Positions 11,113 through 22,236 are shown, numbered from the stretch's first letter. The stretch is DNA of 32,000 nt from Flavobacteriaceae bacterium (GCA_965224465.1 OZ245049.1:4350001-4382000); one strand, 5' to 3'. Notes: generated from the letters alone by a model not told the origin. Numbers and translations: made by a program.

Positions 11113-11418
11113 ATGAAATTAAAGATAAAGACAGGAGATACAGTTCGAGTAATGGCTGGAGATCATAAAGGAGAAGAAGGACGTGTTTCTAAAATTATTG
11201 CCGCCAAAGGTAGAGCAATCGTTGAAGGAGTAAACATGGTATCTAAACATACAAAACCTAGTGCTCAAAGTCCACAAGGTGGAATTGAGAAAATGGAAGC
11301 ACCTATCAATATTTCTAACTTAATGTTAGTTGTAGATGGTGTTCCTACCAGAGTTGGTGTAAGAACTGAAGATGGTAAGAAAATTAGGTTTTCTAAAAAA
11401 ACGGATAAAGCAATTTAG
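11113..11418 (+). CDS. rplX: 50S ribosomal protein L24
   Basis: 101 aa with a KOW motif, [18 protein letters not shown]. Confidence 0.96.
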   Translation: MKLKIKTGDTVRVMAGDHKGEEGRVSKIIAAKGRAIVEGVNMVSKHTKPSAQSPQGGIEKMEAPINISNLMLVVDGVPTRVGVRTEDGKKIRFSKKTDKAI

Positions 11419-11420
11419 TG

Positions 11421-11972
11421 ATGGCGTATATACCAAGACTTAAAGAAGAATATAAGAGCCGGATAGTGAAGGCTCTTATGGAAGAATTTAGCTATAAAAG
11501 TGTAATGCAAGTTCCTAAATTACAAAAAATTGTAATTAGTAAAGGAGTTGGTGCTGCAGTAGCTGATAAGAAATTGATTGACTACGCTGTTGAAGAATTA
11601 ACTAAAATCACTGGTCAGAAAGCATTATCTACGATCTCTAAAAAGGATATCGCTACGTTTAAACTACGTAAAGGGATGCCAATTGGTGCAAAAGTAACCT
11701 TAAGGGGTGTAAAAATGTACGAATTTTTAGATCGTTTTGTAACTATTTCTTTACCACGTGTAAGAGATTTTAGAGGTATTAAAGCGAATGGTTTTGACGG
11801 TAGAGGAAATTATAATTTGGGAATAACTGAACAAATTATATATCCAGAAATCGATATTGATAAAATCAATAAAATCGGAGGAATGGACATTGCATTTGTA
11901 ACGTCTGCTCCAACTGATAAAGAGGCAAAATCATTATTAACGGAATTAGGTTTACCATTTAAAAAGAATTAA
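11421..11972 (+). CDS. rplE: 50S ribosomal protein L5
   Basis: [11 protein letters not shown]... and FRG....[14 protein letters not shown] preferred the ATG at 11421 over the GTG at 11418, which overlaps the rplX stop. Confidence 0.96.
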   Translation: MAYIPRLKEEYKSRIVKALMEEFSYKSVMQVPKLQKIVISKGVGAAVADKKLIDYAVEELTKITGQKALSTISKKDIATFKLRKGMPIGAKVTLRGVKMYEFLDRFVTISLPRVRDFRGIKANGFDGRGNYNLGITEQIIYPEIDIDKINKIGGMDIAFVTSAPTDKEAKSLLTELGLPFKKN

Positions 11973-11975
11973 GGA

Positions 11976-12245
11976 ATGGCTAAAGAATCAATGAAAGCCC
12001 GTGAGGTTAAGAGACAAAAAGTAGTAAATAAGTATGCTGCTAAACGTAAAGCTTTAAAAGAAGCTGGAGATTACGATGCATTACAAAGACTACCTAAAAA
12101 TGCGTCACCAGTTCGTTTACACAATCGTTGTAAATTAACAGGAAGACCTAAGGGGTATATGCGCCAATTTGGATTGTCACGTGTGACATTCCGTGAAATG
12201 GCAAATCAAGGATTGATACCAGGAGTTAGAAAAGCAAGTTGGTAA
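11976..12245 (+). CDS. rpsN: 30S ribosomal protein S14, long Zn-independent form
   Basis: 89 aa ending in [11 protein letters not shown]. It has a single Cys, so no CxxC pairs. Confidence 0.96.
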   Translation: MAKESMKAREVKRQKVVNKYAAKRKALKEAGDYDALQRLPKNASPVRLHNRCKLTGRPKGYMRQFGLSRVTFREMANQGLIPGVRKASW

Positions 12246-12268
12246 ACTAATTAATAAAAAGTAAGAAG

Positions 12269-12667
12269 ATGATCACAGATCCAATCGCAGATTATTTAAC
12301 ACGTCTAAGAAACGCTTTAAGTGCAGGACATAGAGTGGTAGAAGTACCAGCTTCAAAATTGAAAAAAGAAATCACTAAGATTTTATTTGATCAAGGGTTT
12401 ATTTTAAGCTATAAATTTGAAGATGATGCTGTACAAGGTACCATCAAGATAGCGTTGAAATATGACAAGCAAACTAAAGACTCTGTTATAAAGAAAATGG
12501 AACGTATCAGTACTCCAGGTTTACGTAAGTATGTTGGTGCTGATGAAATGCCTCGTGTATTAAACGGTTTAGGTATTGCTATCGTTTCAACATCAAGAGG
12601 TGTTATGACAAACAAAAAAGCTCGCCAAGAGAATATTGGAGGTGAGGTATTGTGTTACGTATACTAA
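12269..12667 (+). CDS. rpsH: 30S ribosomal protein S8
   Basis: MITDPIADYLTRLRNA... and the ending GGEVLCYVY. Confidence 0.98.
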   Translation: MITDPIADYLTRLRNALSAGHRVVEVPASKLKKEITKILFDQGFILSYKFEDDAVQGTIKIALKYDKQTKDSVIKKMERISTPGLRKYVGADEMPRVLNGLGIAIVSTSRGVMTNKKARQENIGGEVLCYVY

Positions 12668-12681
12668 AATAACTTAAAGAG

Positions 12682-13227
12682 ATGTCAAGAATAGGAAAGA
12701 GCCCAATTACTTTGGTTGATGGTGTTACATTTGAAATAAAAGATAATGTAGTTACTATTAAAGGTAAAATGGGAGAATTATCTCAAGAGATAAAAGATGG
12801 TATCGAGGTGGTATTAGAAGACGGTTTAATTAAATTAACCCGTCCTTCTGATAGCGTTCCTCATAGAGCGAAACATGGTTTATACCGTGCTTTGATAGCA
12901 AATATGATCGAAGGTGTAACTAAAGGATTTACTAAAGAATTAGAATTAGTAGGTGTAGGTTACAGAGCTTCAAATCAAGGTCAGAAGTTAGATTTAGCTT
13001 TGGGCTTTTCTCACAATATTGTGTTAGAAATTGCTACTGAAGTGAAAGTTGAAACAGTTTCTGAAAAAGGGAAGAATCCTATTATTAAATTAACTTCAAT
13101 TGATAAGCAATTGGTAGGTGCAGTAGCAGCGAAAATTCGCGGTTTCCGTCCACCAGAGCCTTATAAAGGAAAAGGAGTTAAATTCGTAGGAGAAGAATTA
13201 AGAAGAAAAGCAGGTAAATCTGCATAA
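12682..13227 (+). CDS. rplF: 50S ribosomal protein L6
   Basis: MSRIGKSPI... and [14 protein letters not shown]. Confidence 0.97.
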   Translation: MSRIGKSPITLVDGVTFEIKDNVVTIKGKMGELSQEIKDGIEVVLEDGLIKLTRPSDSVPHRAKHGLYRALIANMIEGVTKGFTKELELVGVGYRASNQGQKLDLALGFSHNIVLEIATEVKVETVSEKGKNPIIKLTSIDKQLVGAVAAKIRGFRPPEPYKGKGVKFVGEELRRKAGKSA

Positions 13228-13241
13228 TAAGCATTAATATT

Positions 13242-13595
13242 ATGGCATTATCAAAGCTTGATAGACGAATTAGAATTAAGCATAGAATTAGAAAAATTGT
13301 TACAGGTACTGCACAACGTCCTAGACTAACTGTATTTCGTAGTAATAAAGAAATTTATGCTCAATTAATCGATGATAAAGCAGGTGTTACAATCGCTGCT
13401 TCTTCATCTAGAGATAAAGAAATCGATGCAAAAGGAACAAAAGTTGAAATTGCAGCAATTGTTGGAAAGGCCTTGGCCGAAAAAGCAACAAAAGCTGGAG
13501 TTGAAACAGTAGCTTTTGATCGTAACGGATTTTTGTACCACGGTAGAGTTAAAGCTCTTGCTGACGCAGCAAGAGAAGCTGGATTAAAATTTTAA
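13242..13595 (+). CDS. rplR: 50S ribosomal protein L18
   Basis: 117 aa, [20 protein letters not shown]...[25 protein letters not shown]. Confidence 0.97.
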   Translation: MALSKLDRRIRIKHRIRKIVTGTAQRPRLTVFRSNKEIYAQLIDDKAGVTIAASSSRDKEIDAKGTKVEIAAIVGKALAEKATKAGVETVAFDRNGFLYHGRVKALADAAREAGLKF

Positions 13596-13602
13596 TTAAA
13601 TT

Positions 13603-14127
13603 ATGTATCATAAATACAATAACATAGAGAGAGTTAAGCCAAGCGGTTTAGAACTACAAGATCACCTAGTTGGAGTACAACGTGTAACGAAAGTTACTAA
13701 AGGGGGTCGTACTTTCGGGTTTTCAGCAATCGTTGTGGTTGGTGATGGAAACGGAGTTGTAGGACAAGGACTTGGTAAATCTAAAGATGTTGCTTCTGCG
13801 ATTGCAAAAGCAATTGAAGATGCTAAGAAAAATTTAGTTAGAATTCCAATTATAAATGCTACTTTGCCGCACGAACAAAAAGGAAAGTATGGTGGAGCAC
13901 GTGTATTCTTAAAACCAGCATCTTCGGGTACTGGAGTTATTGCAGGTGGAGCGGTGAGAGCCGTTCTTGATTCTGTTGGAATTCATGATGTATTATCAAA
14001 ATCTCAAGGATCTTCTAACCCACACAATGTGGTAAAAGCAACCTTCGACGCATTATTACAATTACGTAGTGCTTCTATGATTGCTCAACAAAGAGGAGTT
14101 TCTTTAGAAAAAGTATTTAAAGGATAA
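13603..14127 (+). CDS. rpsE: 30S ribosomal protein S5
   Basis: [39 protein letters not shown]. Confidence 0.97.
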   Translation: MYHKYNNIERVKPSGLELQDHLVGVQRVTKVTKGGRTFGFSAIVVVGDGNGVVGQGLGKSKDVASAIAKAIEDAKKNLVRIPIINATLPHEQKGKYGGARVFLKPASSGTGVIAGGAVRAVLDSVGIHDVLSKSQGSSNPHNVVKATFDALLQLRSASMIAQQRGVSLEKVFKG

Positions 14128-14140
14128 AACAATTATTACG

Positions 14141-14323
14141 ATGGCAAAAATTAGAGTTACGCAAGTAAGAAGTAAAATTAGACGTCCACAAAAACAAAAG
14201 AGAACTTTAGAAGCTCTTGGTTTACGTAAGATTGATCAGGTTGTAGAACATGAAGCTACGCCTGCAGTCCTAGGAATGGTAAATAAAGTTAAACACTTAG
14301 TTTCTGTAGAAGAAATTAAATAA
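14141..14323 (+). CDS. rpmD: 50S ribosomal protein L30
   Basis: 60 aa, [10 protein letters not shown]...[12 protein letters not shown]. Confidence 0.95.
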   Translation: MAKIRVTQVRSKIRRPQKQKRTLEALGLRKIDQVVEHEATPAVLGMVNKVKHLVSVEEIK

Positions 14324-14333
14324 TAAGTTAATT

Positions 14334-14786
14334 ATGACATTAAATAACTTAAGACCTGCTAGAGGTTCTGTTAAGAACAGTAAAAAGCGTATAGGTAGAG
14401 GTGAAGGTACTGGAAAAGGTGGTACCGCAACTCGTGGTCATAAAGGAGCTAAGTCTCGTTCAGGATATTCTAGAAAGATAGGATTTGAAGGGGGACAAAT
14501 GCCTTTACAAAGACGTGTACCTAAATTCGGTTTTACTAATATTAATAGAAAAGAATACGCAGGTATTAATATAAGTAAGTTACAAGAATTAGTTGATAAC
14601 AAAAAAATTACTGGTACAGTAACTTTGGAAGTATTAATGGAAAATCGTTTAGTTCGCAAAAATGACCTAGTAAAAATATTGGGTGATGGCGAATTAACTG
14701 CTAAATTAGATGTAACTGTTCACAAATTTACTGCATCAGCGAAAGCGGCTATTGAAAAAGCTGGTGGATCTGCAGTAATGCTATAA
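14334..14786 (+). CDS. rplO: 50S ribosomal protein L15
   Basis: L..L.PA.GS.K..KR.GRG.G.GKGGTATRGHKG.KSRSG. Confidence 0.97.
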   Translation: MTLNNLRPARGSVKNSKKRIGRGEGTGKGGTATRGHKGAKSRSGYSRKIGFEGGQMPLQRRVPKFGFTNINRKEYAGINISKLQELVDNKKITGTVTLEVLMENRLVRKNDLVKILGDGELTAKLDVTVHKFTASAKAAIEKAGGSAVML

Positions 14787-14798
14787 GATTTATTTTAA

Positions 14799-16133
14799 AT
14801 GAGAAAAATAGTTCAAACCATAAAGGACATTTGGTCTATCGATGAGCTTAAAACTAAGATTATTCTTACTCTTAGTTTTATGGCCATCTATCGATTTGCA
14901 TCAAACGTTTCATTACCAGGGATCAATATGAATGTCGCGCAAGCAGCATTGTCCCGCCAAACAGAAGGTGGTGGTATTTTAGGATTACTCGATATGTTTA
15001 CAGGAGGTGCCTTTGCGCAAGCTTCTGTTGTTGCATTGGGTATTATGCCTTATATATCGGCATCTATTGTTGTTCAATTAATGGGAATGGCAATACCTTA
15101 TTTACAAAAGTTGCAGAAGGATGGTGAGAGTGGAAGAAAGAAAATAAATCAAATTACACGTTGGTTGACCATTGCTATTACAGCAGTGCAAGGACCGGCG
15201 TATATTGCTAATATATATGGCCTTATTCCAGCATCAGCATTTTATATCAGTGGTTCTATGTTTTGGGTATCTTCAATGGTATTATTAACAGCAGGAACAG
15301 TGTTTGCAATGTGGTTGGGTGAAAAAATTACTGATAAAGGTATTGGTAACGGTATTTCACTGTTGATTATGGTCGGAATTATAGCTCGTTTCCCTTCTTC
15401 ATTTTTAAAAGAAATTGCTTCTCGTACAAATGAATCGAATGGAGGATTAATCATGATCTTGTTAGAGGTTGTGGCTTGGTTCCTAGTTATTCTTATTAGT
15501 ATTTATCTTGTGACCGCTGTACGAAGAGTTGCAGTTCAGTATGCTCGTAAAACAGTTGCTGGATCAATTAAGAGTGTTGCAGGAGCAAGACAGTACATTC
15601 CTTTAAAGTTAAACTCTGCTGGAGTGATGCCAATTATATTTGCTCAGGCAATTATGTTTGCACCAGCTTTGCTAGCCCATTCAGAAAATGATACGGTTAA
15701 AACCATAGGAATGCAGTTTCAAAATATGTTTGGTTTTTGGTATAATTTAGTATTTGCTTTGTTAATCATAATTTTTAGTTATTTTTACACCGCAATTACA
15801 ATACCAACCAATAAAATGGCAGATGATTTAAAACGTAGTGGAGGATTTATACCAGGTGTTAAGCCAGGGAAAGATACAGGGGACTTGTTAGACAGGATTT
15901 TATCCATGGTCACATTACCTGGATCTATATTCCTAGCTCTTGTAGCAATACTTCCTGCATTTGTTGTAATGACAGGTGTTCAACAAAGTTGGGCTATGTT
16001 TTATGGAGGAACATCATTAATAATTATGGTAGGAGTTGCTATTGATACAATTCAACAAATTAACTCACACCTTTTGAACCGTCATTATGATGGATTAATG
16101 AAAAAAGGAACCAAACGAAAAGCGTTAGTATAA
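14799..16133 (+). CDS. secY: Preprotein translocase subunit SecY
   Basis: 444 aa, multi-pass membrane protein with [15 protein letters not shown] and [17 protein letters not shown]. Sits in the spc-operon position. Confidence 0.97.
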   Translation: MRKIVQTIKDIWSIDELKTKIILTLSFMAIYRFASNVSLPGINMNVAQAALSRQTEGGGILGLLDMFTGGAFAQASVVALGIMPYISASIVVQLMGMAIPYLQKLQKDGESGRKKINQITRWLTIAITAVQGPAYIANIYGLIPASAFYISGSMFWVSSMVLLTAGTVFAMWLGEKITDKGIGNGISLLIMVGIIARFPSSFLKEIASRTNESNGGLIMILLEVVAWFLVILISIYLVTAVRRVAVQYARKTVAGSIKSVAGARQYIPLKLNSAGVMPIIFAQAIMFAPALLAHSENDTVKTIGMQFQNMFGFWYNLVFALLIIIFSYFYTAITIPTNKMADDLKRSGGFIPGVKPGKDTGDLLDRILSMVTLPGSIFLALVAILPAFVVMTGVQQSWAMFYGGTSLIIMVGVAIDTIQQINSHLLNRHYDGLMKKGTKRKALV

Positions 16134-16348
16134 TGGCAAAACAACCAGCAATAGAACAAGATGGAACTATCACAGAAGCATTGTCAAATGCAATGTTTCG
16201 TGTAGAGCTTCAAAATGGACACGTTGTAACAGCACATATCTCTGGAAAAATGCGTATGCATTACATTAAATTATTACCCGGAGATAAAGTGAAGTTAGAG
16301 ATGAGCCCTTACGACTTAACAAAAGCAAGAATTACTTACAGATATTAA
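16133..16348 (+). CDS. infA: Translation initiation factor IF-1
   Basis: 71 aa, [40 protein letters not shown]. The start overlaps the secY stop (TAATG). Confidence 0.97.
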   Translation: MAKQPAIEQDGTITEALSNAMFRVELQNGHVVTAHISGKMRMHYIKLLPGDKVKLEMSPYDLTKARITYRY

Positions 16349-16358
16349 TGTATTTACG

Positions 16359-16475
16359 ATGAAAGTTAGAGCATCAATAAAAAAGAGAAGTGCCGAGTGC
16401 AAGATTGTGCGTAGAAAAGGCAGATTATATGTAATCAACAAAAAGAATCCTAGATTTAAACAAAGACAAGGATAA
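16359..16475 (+). CDS. rpmJ: 50S ribosomal protein L36, Zn-independent YkgO-like type
   Basis: Manual translation gives [38 protein letters not shown] followed by a stop (38 aa). It falls below the ORF-track length cutoff and sits in the canonical infA-rpmJ-rpsM position. Confidence 0.93.
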   Translation: MKVRASIKKRSAECKIVRRKGRLYVINKKNPRFKQRQG

Positions 16476-16477
16476 TT

Positions 16478-16852
16478 ATGGCAAGAATAGCAGGTATTGA
16501 TATACCAAAGAATAAAAGAGGTATTATTGCCTTAACCTATATCTTTGGAATCGGAAGAAGCAGAGCTCAAGAGATTTTGGCTGCTGCAAAAGTTGACGAA
16601 AGTACTAAAGTTCAAGATTGGAGTGATGAAGAGATCGCTGCAATTCGTGAGCAAGTTGGTACCTTGACAATTGAAGGTGAATTACGTTCTGAAATTCAAA
16701 TGAGTATTAAACGTTTAATGGACATTGGTTGTTACCGTGGAATTAGACATAGAACTGGGTTACCACTACGTGGTCAAAGAACTAAAAATAACTCTAGAAC
16801 TAGAAAAGGAAAACGTAAGACAGTAGCTAACAAAAAGAAAGCAACTAAATAA
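16478..16852 (+). CDS. rpsM: 30S ribosomal protein S13
   Basis: [24 protein letters not shown]...[17 protein letters not shown]. Confidence 0.98.
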   Translation: MARIAGIDIPKNKRGIIALTYIFGIGRSRAQEILAAAKVDESTKVQDWSDEEIAAIREQVGTLTIEGELRSEIQMSIKRLMDIGCYRGIRHRTGLPLRGQRTKNNSRTRKGKRKTVANKKKATK

Positions 16853-16866
16853 TAACAAATAGATAT

Positions 16867-16925
16867 TAGTAGTTAGAATATATAGTTAGATAAATCTTAA
16901 TTTATTGATATTTATCTAACTACTA
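16867..16925 (+). promoter_or_regulatory. Large hairpin with a competing upstream arm in the rpsM-rpsK spacer
   Basis: TAGTTAGATAAAT (16883-16895) pairs perfectly with ATTTATCTAACTA (16910-16922), giving a 13-bp stem and a 14-nt loop. An upstream TAGTAGTTAGA (16867-16877) can pair instead with TCTAACTACTA (16915-16925). No U-tract follows. Confidence 0.5.
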
Positions 16926-16952
16926 AGTACTAAATTCTAAAGACGAAAAGAT

Positions 16953-17336
16953 ATGGCGAAAGCAAGTTCAAAAAAACGTAAAGTTGTTGTTGAAGCAGTA
17001 GGTGAAGCTCACATTACAGCATCATTTAATAACATTATTATCTCTTTAACAAACAAAAGAGGTGATGTTATTTCTTGGTCATCTGCTGGAAAGCAAGGAT
17101 TTAGAGGTTCTAAGAAAAACACTCCGTATGCAGCACAATTAGCAGCAGAAGATTGTGCAAAAGTTGCACATGAAGCGGGTTTACGTAAAGTAAAGGTGTA
17201 TGTAAAAGGACCTGGAAATGGACGTGAGTCTGCAATGAGGACTATTCACAATGCAGGGATCGAAGTAACTGAGATTATCGATGTTACTCCATTACCACAC
17301 AACGGATGTAGACCTCCGAAGAGAAGAAGAGTATAA
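16953..17336 (+). CDS. rpsK: 30S ribosomal protein S11
   Basis: HI.ASFNN.IIS.T...G...SWSSAG..GF.GSKK.TP.AAQ and the ending [13 protein letters not shown]. Confidence 0.98.
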   Translation: MAKASSKKRKVVVEAVGEAHITASFNNIIISLTNKRGDVISWSSAGKQGFRGSKKNTPYAAQLAAEDCAKVAHEAGLRKVKVYVKGPGNGRESAMRTIHNAGIEVTEIIDVTPLPHNGCRPPKRRRV

Positions 17337-17342
17337 TTAAAT

Positions 17343-17402
17343 TAATTTTGACGATAGGTTATTAGATTATCGAAGGATAAGCCTTAATTCATAATCCCTA
17401 TC
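17343..17402 (+). promoter_or_regulatory. Candidate internal promoter (-7 TAatTTTG, 17343-17350) plus a structured rpsD 5' leader (17353-17402)
   Basis: Three nested helices: GATAGG/CCTATC (17353-58/17397-402), GATTAT/ATAATC (17365-70/17391-96) and AAGG/CCTT (17373-76/17382-85). Confidence 0.45.
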
Positions 17403-17416
17403 AAAAACAACAAGAA

Positions 17417-18022
17417 ATGGCAAGATATACAGGACCAAAAACTAAAATTGCTCGTAAATTTGGCGAGGCAATTTTTGGAGATGATAAAGCTTTTGAAAAA
17501 AGAAATTATCCTCCAGGACAACACGGAAACAATAGACGTAGAGGAAAAAAATCTGAATACGCTATGCAGTTAATGGAAAAGCAAAAAGCTAAATATACTT
17601 ATGGTATTTTAGAACGTCAATTCCGTAACTTATTTAAAGCAGCTTCTGCTAGTAAAGGAATTACAGGTGAAGTTTTACTTCAACTTTGTGAGTCACGTTT
17701 AGATAACGTAGTGTACCGAATGGGGATCGCTCCTAGTCGTAGTGGGGCACGTCAATTGGTTTCTCACCGTCACATTACTGTGAATGGAGAAATTGTTAAC
17801 ATACCTTCTTATTCTTTACTCCCTGGAGACATTGTTGCAATTAGAGAGAAATCTAAATCACTTATAGCGATTGAAGATTCATTAGCTAATAGATCAGATG
17901 TTTACGAATGGTTGACATGGAATGGCGATGCGATGCAAGGAAACTTTGTAAGTGCTCCTGAAAGGCTTCAAATTCCAGAAAATATTAAAGAACAATTAAT
18001 CGTAGAGCTTTACTCTAAATAA
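17417..18022 (+). CDS. rpsD: 30S ribosomal protein S4
   Basis: [12 protein letters not shown] and an S4 RNA-binding domain, [24 protein letters not shown]. Confidence 0.98.
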   Translation: MARYTGPKTKIARKFGEAIFGDDKAFEKRNYPPGQHGNNRRRGKKSEYAMQLMEKQKAKYTYGILERQFRNLFKAASASKGITGEVLLQLCESRLDNVVYRMGIAPSRSGARQLVSHRHITVNGEIVNIPSYSLLPGDIVAIREKSKSLIAIEDSLANRSDVYEWLTWNGDAMQGNFVSAPERLQIPENIKEQLIVELYSK

Positions 18023-18046
18023 TTTTTAAAGATAATTAAACCAACT

Positions 18047-19039
18047 ATGGCAATATTAAATTTTCAAAAGCCCGATAAAGTAATTATGATTGATTCTACT
18101 GATTTTAAAGGTAGATTCGAATTTAGACCGTTAGAACCAGGTTTTGGTTTAACAGTTGGTAATGCTTTAAGACGCGTATTGCTTTCATCGCTAGAAGGGT
18201 TTGCTATTACATCACTTCGTATCGAAGGTGTAGAGCATGAATTTTCAACAGTTAAAGGTGTTGTAGAAGATGTTACTGAAATTATTCTAAACCTTAAACA
18301 AGTTCGATTTAAAAAGCAGATTGAGGATTCTGATCGTGAAACAGTGACAATGTCATTTTCAGGACAGGAGCAATTAACTGCTGGTGACTTTCAAAAATTC
18401 ATCTCAGGATATCAAGTGTTAAATCCAGATCTATTGATCTGTAACATGGAAAGTTCTGTTAAGATTGATATGGAAATCACAATCGAAAAAGGTCGAGGAT
18501 TTGTACCTGCAGAAGAAAATAAAAAATCTGGCGCAGCTTTAGGTACAATCTTTACAGACTCAATTTTTACACCTATTAAGAATGTAAAATACGCTGTAGA
18601 GAATTTCCGTGTGGAGCAAAAAACTGATTACGAAAAATTAGTATTTGATATTGTTTCTGATGGTTCAATTTCACCAAAAGATGCCTTAACTGAAGCAGCT
18701 AAGATATTAATTCATCACTTTATGTTATTCTCTGATGAGCGTATTACATTAGAAGCTGATGAGATTGCTCAAACTGAAACATATGATGAGGAATCATTAC
18801 ATATGCGTCAGTTGTTAAAAACAAAATTAGTTGATATGGATCTTTCGGTTCGTGCGCTAAATTGTTTAAAAGCGGCAGAGGTTGATACTTTAGGAGACTT
18901 AGTATCGTTTAATAAAAATGACTTAATGAAATTCCGTAACTTCGGTAAAAAATCTTTAACTGAGTTGGATGAATTAGTTCACAACAAAGGTTTGAGCTTT
19001 GGAATGGATTTAAGTAAGTATAAATTAGATAAGGATTAA
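18047..19039 (+). CDS. rpoA: DNA-directed RNA polymerase alpha subunit
   Basis: 330 aa with [22 protein letters not shown] and the C-terminal-domain motif [11 protein letters not shown]. Confidence 0.98.
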   Translation: MAILNFQKPDKVIMIDSTDFKGRFEFRPLEPGFGLTVGNALRRVLLSSLEGFAITSLRIEGVEHEFSTVKGVVEDVTEIILNLKQVRFKKQIEDSDRETVTMSFSGQEQLTAGDFQKFISGYQVLNPDLLICNMESSVKIDMEITIEKGRGFVPAEENKKSGAALGTIFTDSIFTPIKNVKYAVENFRVEQKTDYEKLVFDIVSDGSISPKDALTEAAKILIHHFMLFSDERITLEADEIAQTETYDEESLHMRQLLKTKLVDMDLSVRALNCLKAAEVDTLGDLVSFNKNDLMKFRNFGKKSLTELDELVHNKGLSFGMDLSKYKLDKD

Positions 19040-19076
19040 TTAGAAACTGAAAAGTTTTAGTTAAGAATAATATAAC

Positions 19077-19550
19077 ATGAGACACGGAAAGAAATTTAAT
19101 CACTTAGGAAGAAAAACAGCCCATAGAAAAGCGATGTTAGCTAATATGGCTTGTTCCCTAATTGAGCACAAACGTATTAATACAACAGTTGCAAAGGCCA
19201 AAGCATTACGTATGTTTGCGGAACCTTTAATCACTAAATCTAAAGAGGATACTACGCACAATCGTAGAATTGTTTTTAGTTATTTAAGAGATAAATATGC
19301 GGTTACTGAACTTTTTAAAGAAATTTCAGTAAAAGTAGCAGACCGCCCAGGTGGTTATATTCGTATCATCAAATTAGGAAACCGTCAAGGAGATAATGCT
19401 TCAATGGCAATGGTTGAATTAGTTGATTACAACGAAGTTTATAATCCAAACGGTAAAAAGAAGAAAAAAACAACTCGTAGAGGGCGTAGCAAAAAAGCTG
19501 AGTCTACTGAAGCAGTTGTTGATACTAAGGACGAATCTTCTGAAGAGTAA
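19077..19550 (+). CDS. rplQ: 50S ribosomal protein L17, with a Lys/Glu-rich C-terminal tail
   Basis: [37 protein letters not shown]. Confidence 0.97.
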   Translation: MRHGKKFNHLGRKTAHRKAMLANMACSLIEHKRINTTVAKAKALRMFAEPLITKSKEDTTHNRRIVFSYLRDKYAVTELFKEISVKVADRPGGYIRIIKLGNRQGDNASMAMVELVDYNEVYNPNGKKKKKTTRRGRSKKAESTEAVVDTKDESSEE

Positions 19551-19572
19551 TGATACGTTTAGTATAATATTT

Positions 19573-19606
19573 AAAAGGATAAACATTTTTGTTTATCCTT
19601 TTTTTT
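19573..19606 (+). terminator. Rho-independent terminator closing the ribosomal array
   Basis: 12-bp stem AAAAGGATAAAC (19573-19584) / GTTTATCCTTTT (19591-19602) with a 6-nt loop; the T-run continues to 19606. Confidence 0.88.
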
Positions 19607-19613
19607 ATATTTG
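19606..19613 (+). promoter_or_regulatory. -7 promoter motif TAtaTTTG upstream of carA
   Basis: Exact TAnnTTTG match 33 nt upstream of the carA ATG, immediately after the terminator. Confidence 0.5.
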
Positions 19614-19645
19614 CTCACCAGTTAAATGAATAAATTGTAGTATAA

Positions 19646-20743
19646 ATGGGATACACACAACACAAAAAAGCCATTCTTTTATTAGCAGATGGAACTGTAT
19701 TTGAAGGAAAATCTATAGGGATAGAAGGAACAGCCTATGGAGAAATTTGTTACAATACGGGTATGACAGGATACCAAGAAATCTTTACAGACCCGTCTTA
19801 CTTTGGACAAATGATGTTAACAACCAATGCTCACATTGGTAATTATGGAGTAAATGACTCGGAAGTTGAATCTAACAGTATTAAAATTGCTGGTTTGGTT
19901 TGTAAAAACTTTAGTTTTAATGATTCTCGTAAAGATTCATCGGGTTCTTTATTGAACTATTTTGAAAAAAATAAACTCATGGCTATTTCTGATATTGATA
20001 CGAGGGCTGTGGTGAGATATATTCGTGATAAGGGTGCAATGAACGCTGTTATCTCTACAAATATAAATATTAAAGAATTACAAGAGGTGTTGAAAAACAC
20101 GCCAGATATGGATGGTTTAGAATTAGCATCTAAAGTATCTACTAAGGAAGCTTATTTTTTCGGTAAAGAAGATGCGCCACTTAAAATTGCTGCACTAGAT
20201 TTAGGTATCAAGACTAGTATCCTTAAGAATCTTGCAAAAAGAGGTTGCTATATAAAAGTGTTCCCATACAATTCCAAGTTTGAAGAAATGGAGGCATTTA
20301 ATCCAGATGGATATTTTCTTTCTAATGGACCAGGTGATCCGACTCCATTGAAGGAAGCACAAGAAGTAGCTAAAAAGATTATTGCAAAAAATTTACCGCT
20401 ATTCGGTATTTGCTTAGGGCATCAAGTTATTGCATTGGCTAATGGAATTAAAACATTTAAAATGCACAATGGTCACCGAGGTATCAATCATCCTGTTAAA
20501 AATTTGATAAGTGGAAGAGGTGAAGTAACTTCACAAAATCATGGATTTGTAGTGGATAGAAACGATGTGGAAGCACATCCAGAATTCGAAATAACACATG
20601 TTCATTTAAATGACGATACACTGGCAGGTATGCGAATGAAAAACAAAAACTGTTTTTCAGTTCAGTACCACCCAGAGGCAAGCCCAGGACCACATGATTC
20701 TGAATATCTATTTGACCAGTTTATTGAAAACATAAAAAAATAA
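19646..20743 (+). CDS. carA: Carbamoyl-phosphate synthase small (glutamine amidotransferase) subunit
   Basis: 365 aa with GYQEIFTDPSY, catalytic GICLGHQ and the ending SVQYHPEASPGPHD. Confidence 0.96.
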   Translation: MGYTQHKKAILLLADGTVFEGKSIGIEGTAYGEICYNTGMTGYQEIFTDPSYFGQMMLTTNAHIGNYGVNDSEVESNSIKIAGLVCKNFSFNDSRKDSSGSLLNYFEKNKLMAISDIDTRAVVRYIRDKGAMNAVISTNINIKELQEVLKNTPDMDGLELASKVSTKEAYFFGKEDAPLKIAALDLGIKTSILKNLAKRGCYIKVFPYNSKFEEMEAFNPDGYFLSNGPGDPTPLKEAQEVAKKIIAKNLPLFGICLGHQVIALANGIKTFKMHNGHRGINHPVKNLISGRGEVTSQNHGFVVDRNDVEAHPEFEITHVHLNDDTLAGMRMKNKNCFSVQYHPEASPGPHDSEYLFDQFIENIKK

Positions 20744-20756
20744 TAAAAACTTTTAT

Positions 20757-20788
20757 AAAAACAGCCATTTACCATGGCTGTTTTTTTT
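20757..20788 (+). terminator. Rho-independent terminator after carA
   Basis: AAAAACAGCCAT / ATGGCTGTTTTT stem with a 5-nt loop, then a T-run to 20788. Confidence 0.88.
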
Positions 20789-20819
20789 GTCTTCCATCTC
20801 GAAAACGTTGTAGTATAAA

Positions 20820-20864
20820 CTAAGTTTGCTAAGTACTTCTAAGTCTTAATTTTTTGTATCTTTG
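20820..20864 (+). promoter_or_regulatory. eno upstream region: three phased CTAAGT hexamers plus -7 TAtcTTTG (20857-20864)
   Basis: CTAAGT occurs at 20820-25, 20829-34 and 20839-44, a 9- and 10-bp spacing. An exact TAnnTTTG lies 32 nt upstream of the eno ATG. Confidence 0.5.
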
Positions 20865-20883
20865 AGGAACAAAATTATCATAA

Positions 20884-22185
<1,302 letters not shown>

Positions 22186-22211
22186 TATATAATTTTATAG
22201 AAATAATTGAT

Positions 22212-22236
22212 AAAAGCCGAGGAAACTCGGCTTTTT
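22212..22236 (+). terminator. Rho-independent terminator after eno
   Basis: 10-bp stem AAAAGCCGAG / CTCGGCTTTT with a GAAA tetraloop and a T-run. Confidence 0.88.

Noticed and set aside
19040-19076. Small hairpin AAACT-GAAA-AGTTT in the rpoA-rplQ spacer as an attenuator
   Set aside because: It has only 5 A/U-rich base pairs and the 37-nt spacer is unremarkable, so the evidence is insufficient.
19441-19550. Lys-rich, A-tract-encoded C-terminal tail of L17 ([15 protein letters not shown]..., A7 at 19464-19470) as a possible slippage or frameshift site
   Set aside because: The frame stays open to a normal stop and the charged tail looks like a lineage-typical L17 extension. There is no alternative downstream frame of significance.
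19423-19629. 68-aa plus-strand ORF overlapping the rplQ 3' end
   Set aside because: It is out of frame with rplQ and runs straight through the strong rplQ terminator hairpin (19573-19606), so it is not credible as a gene.
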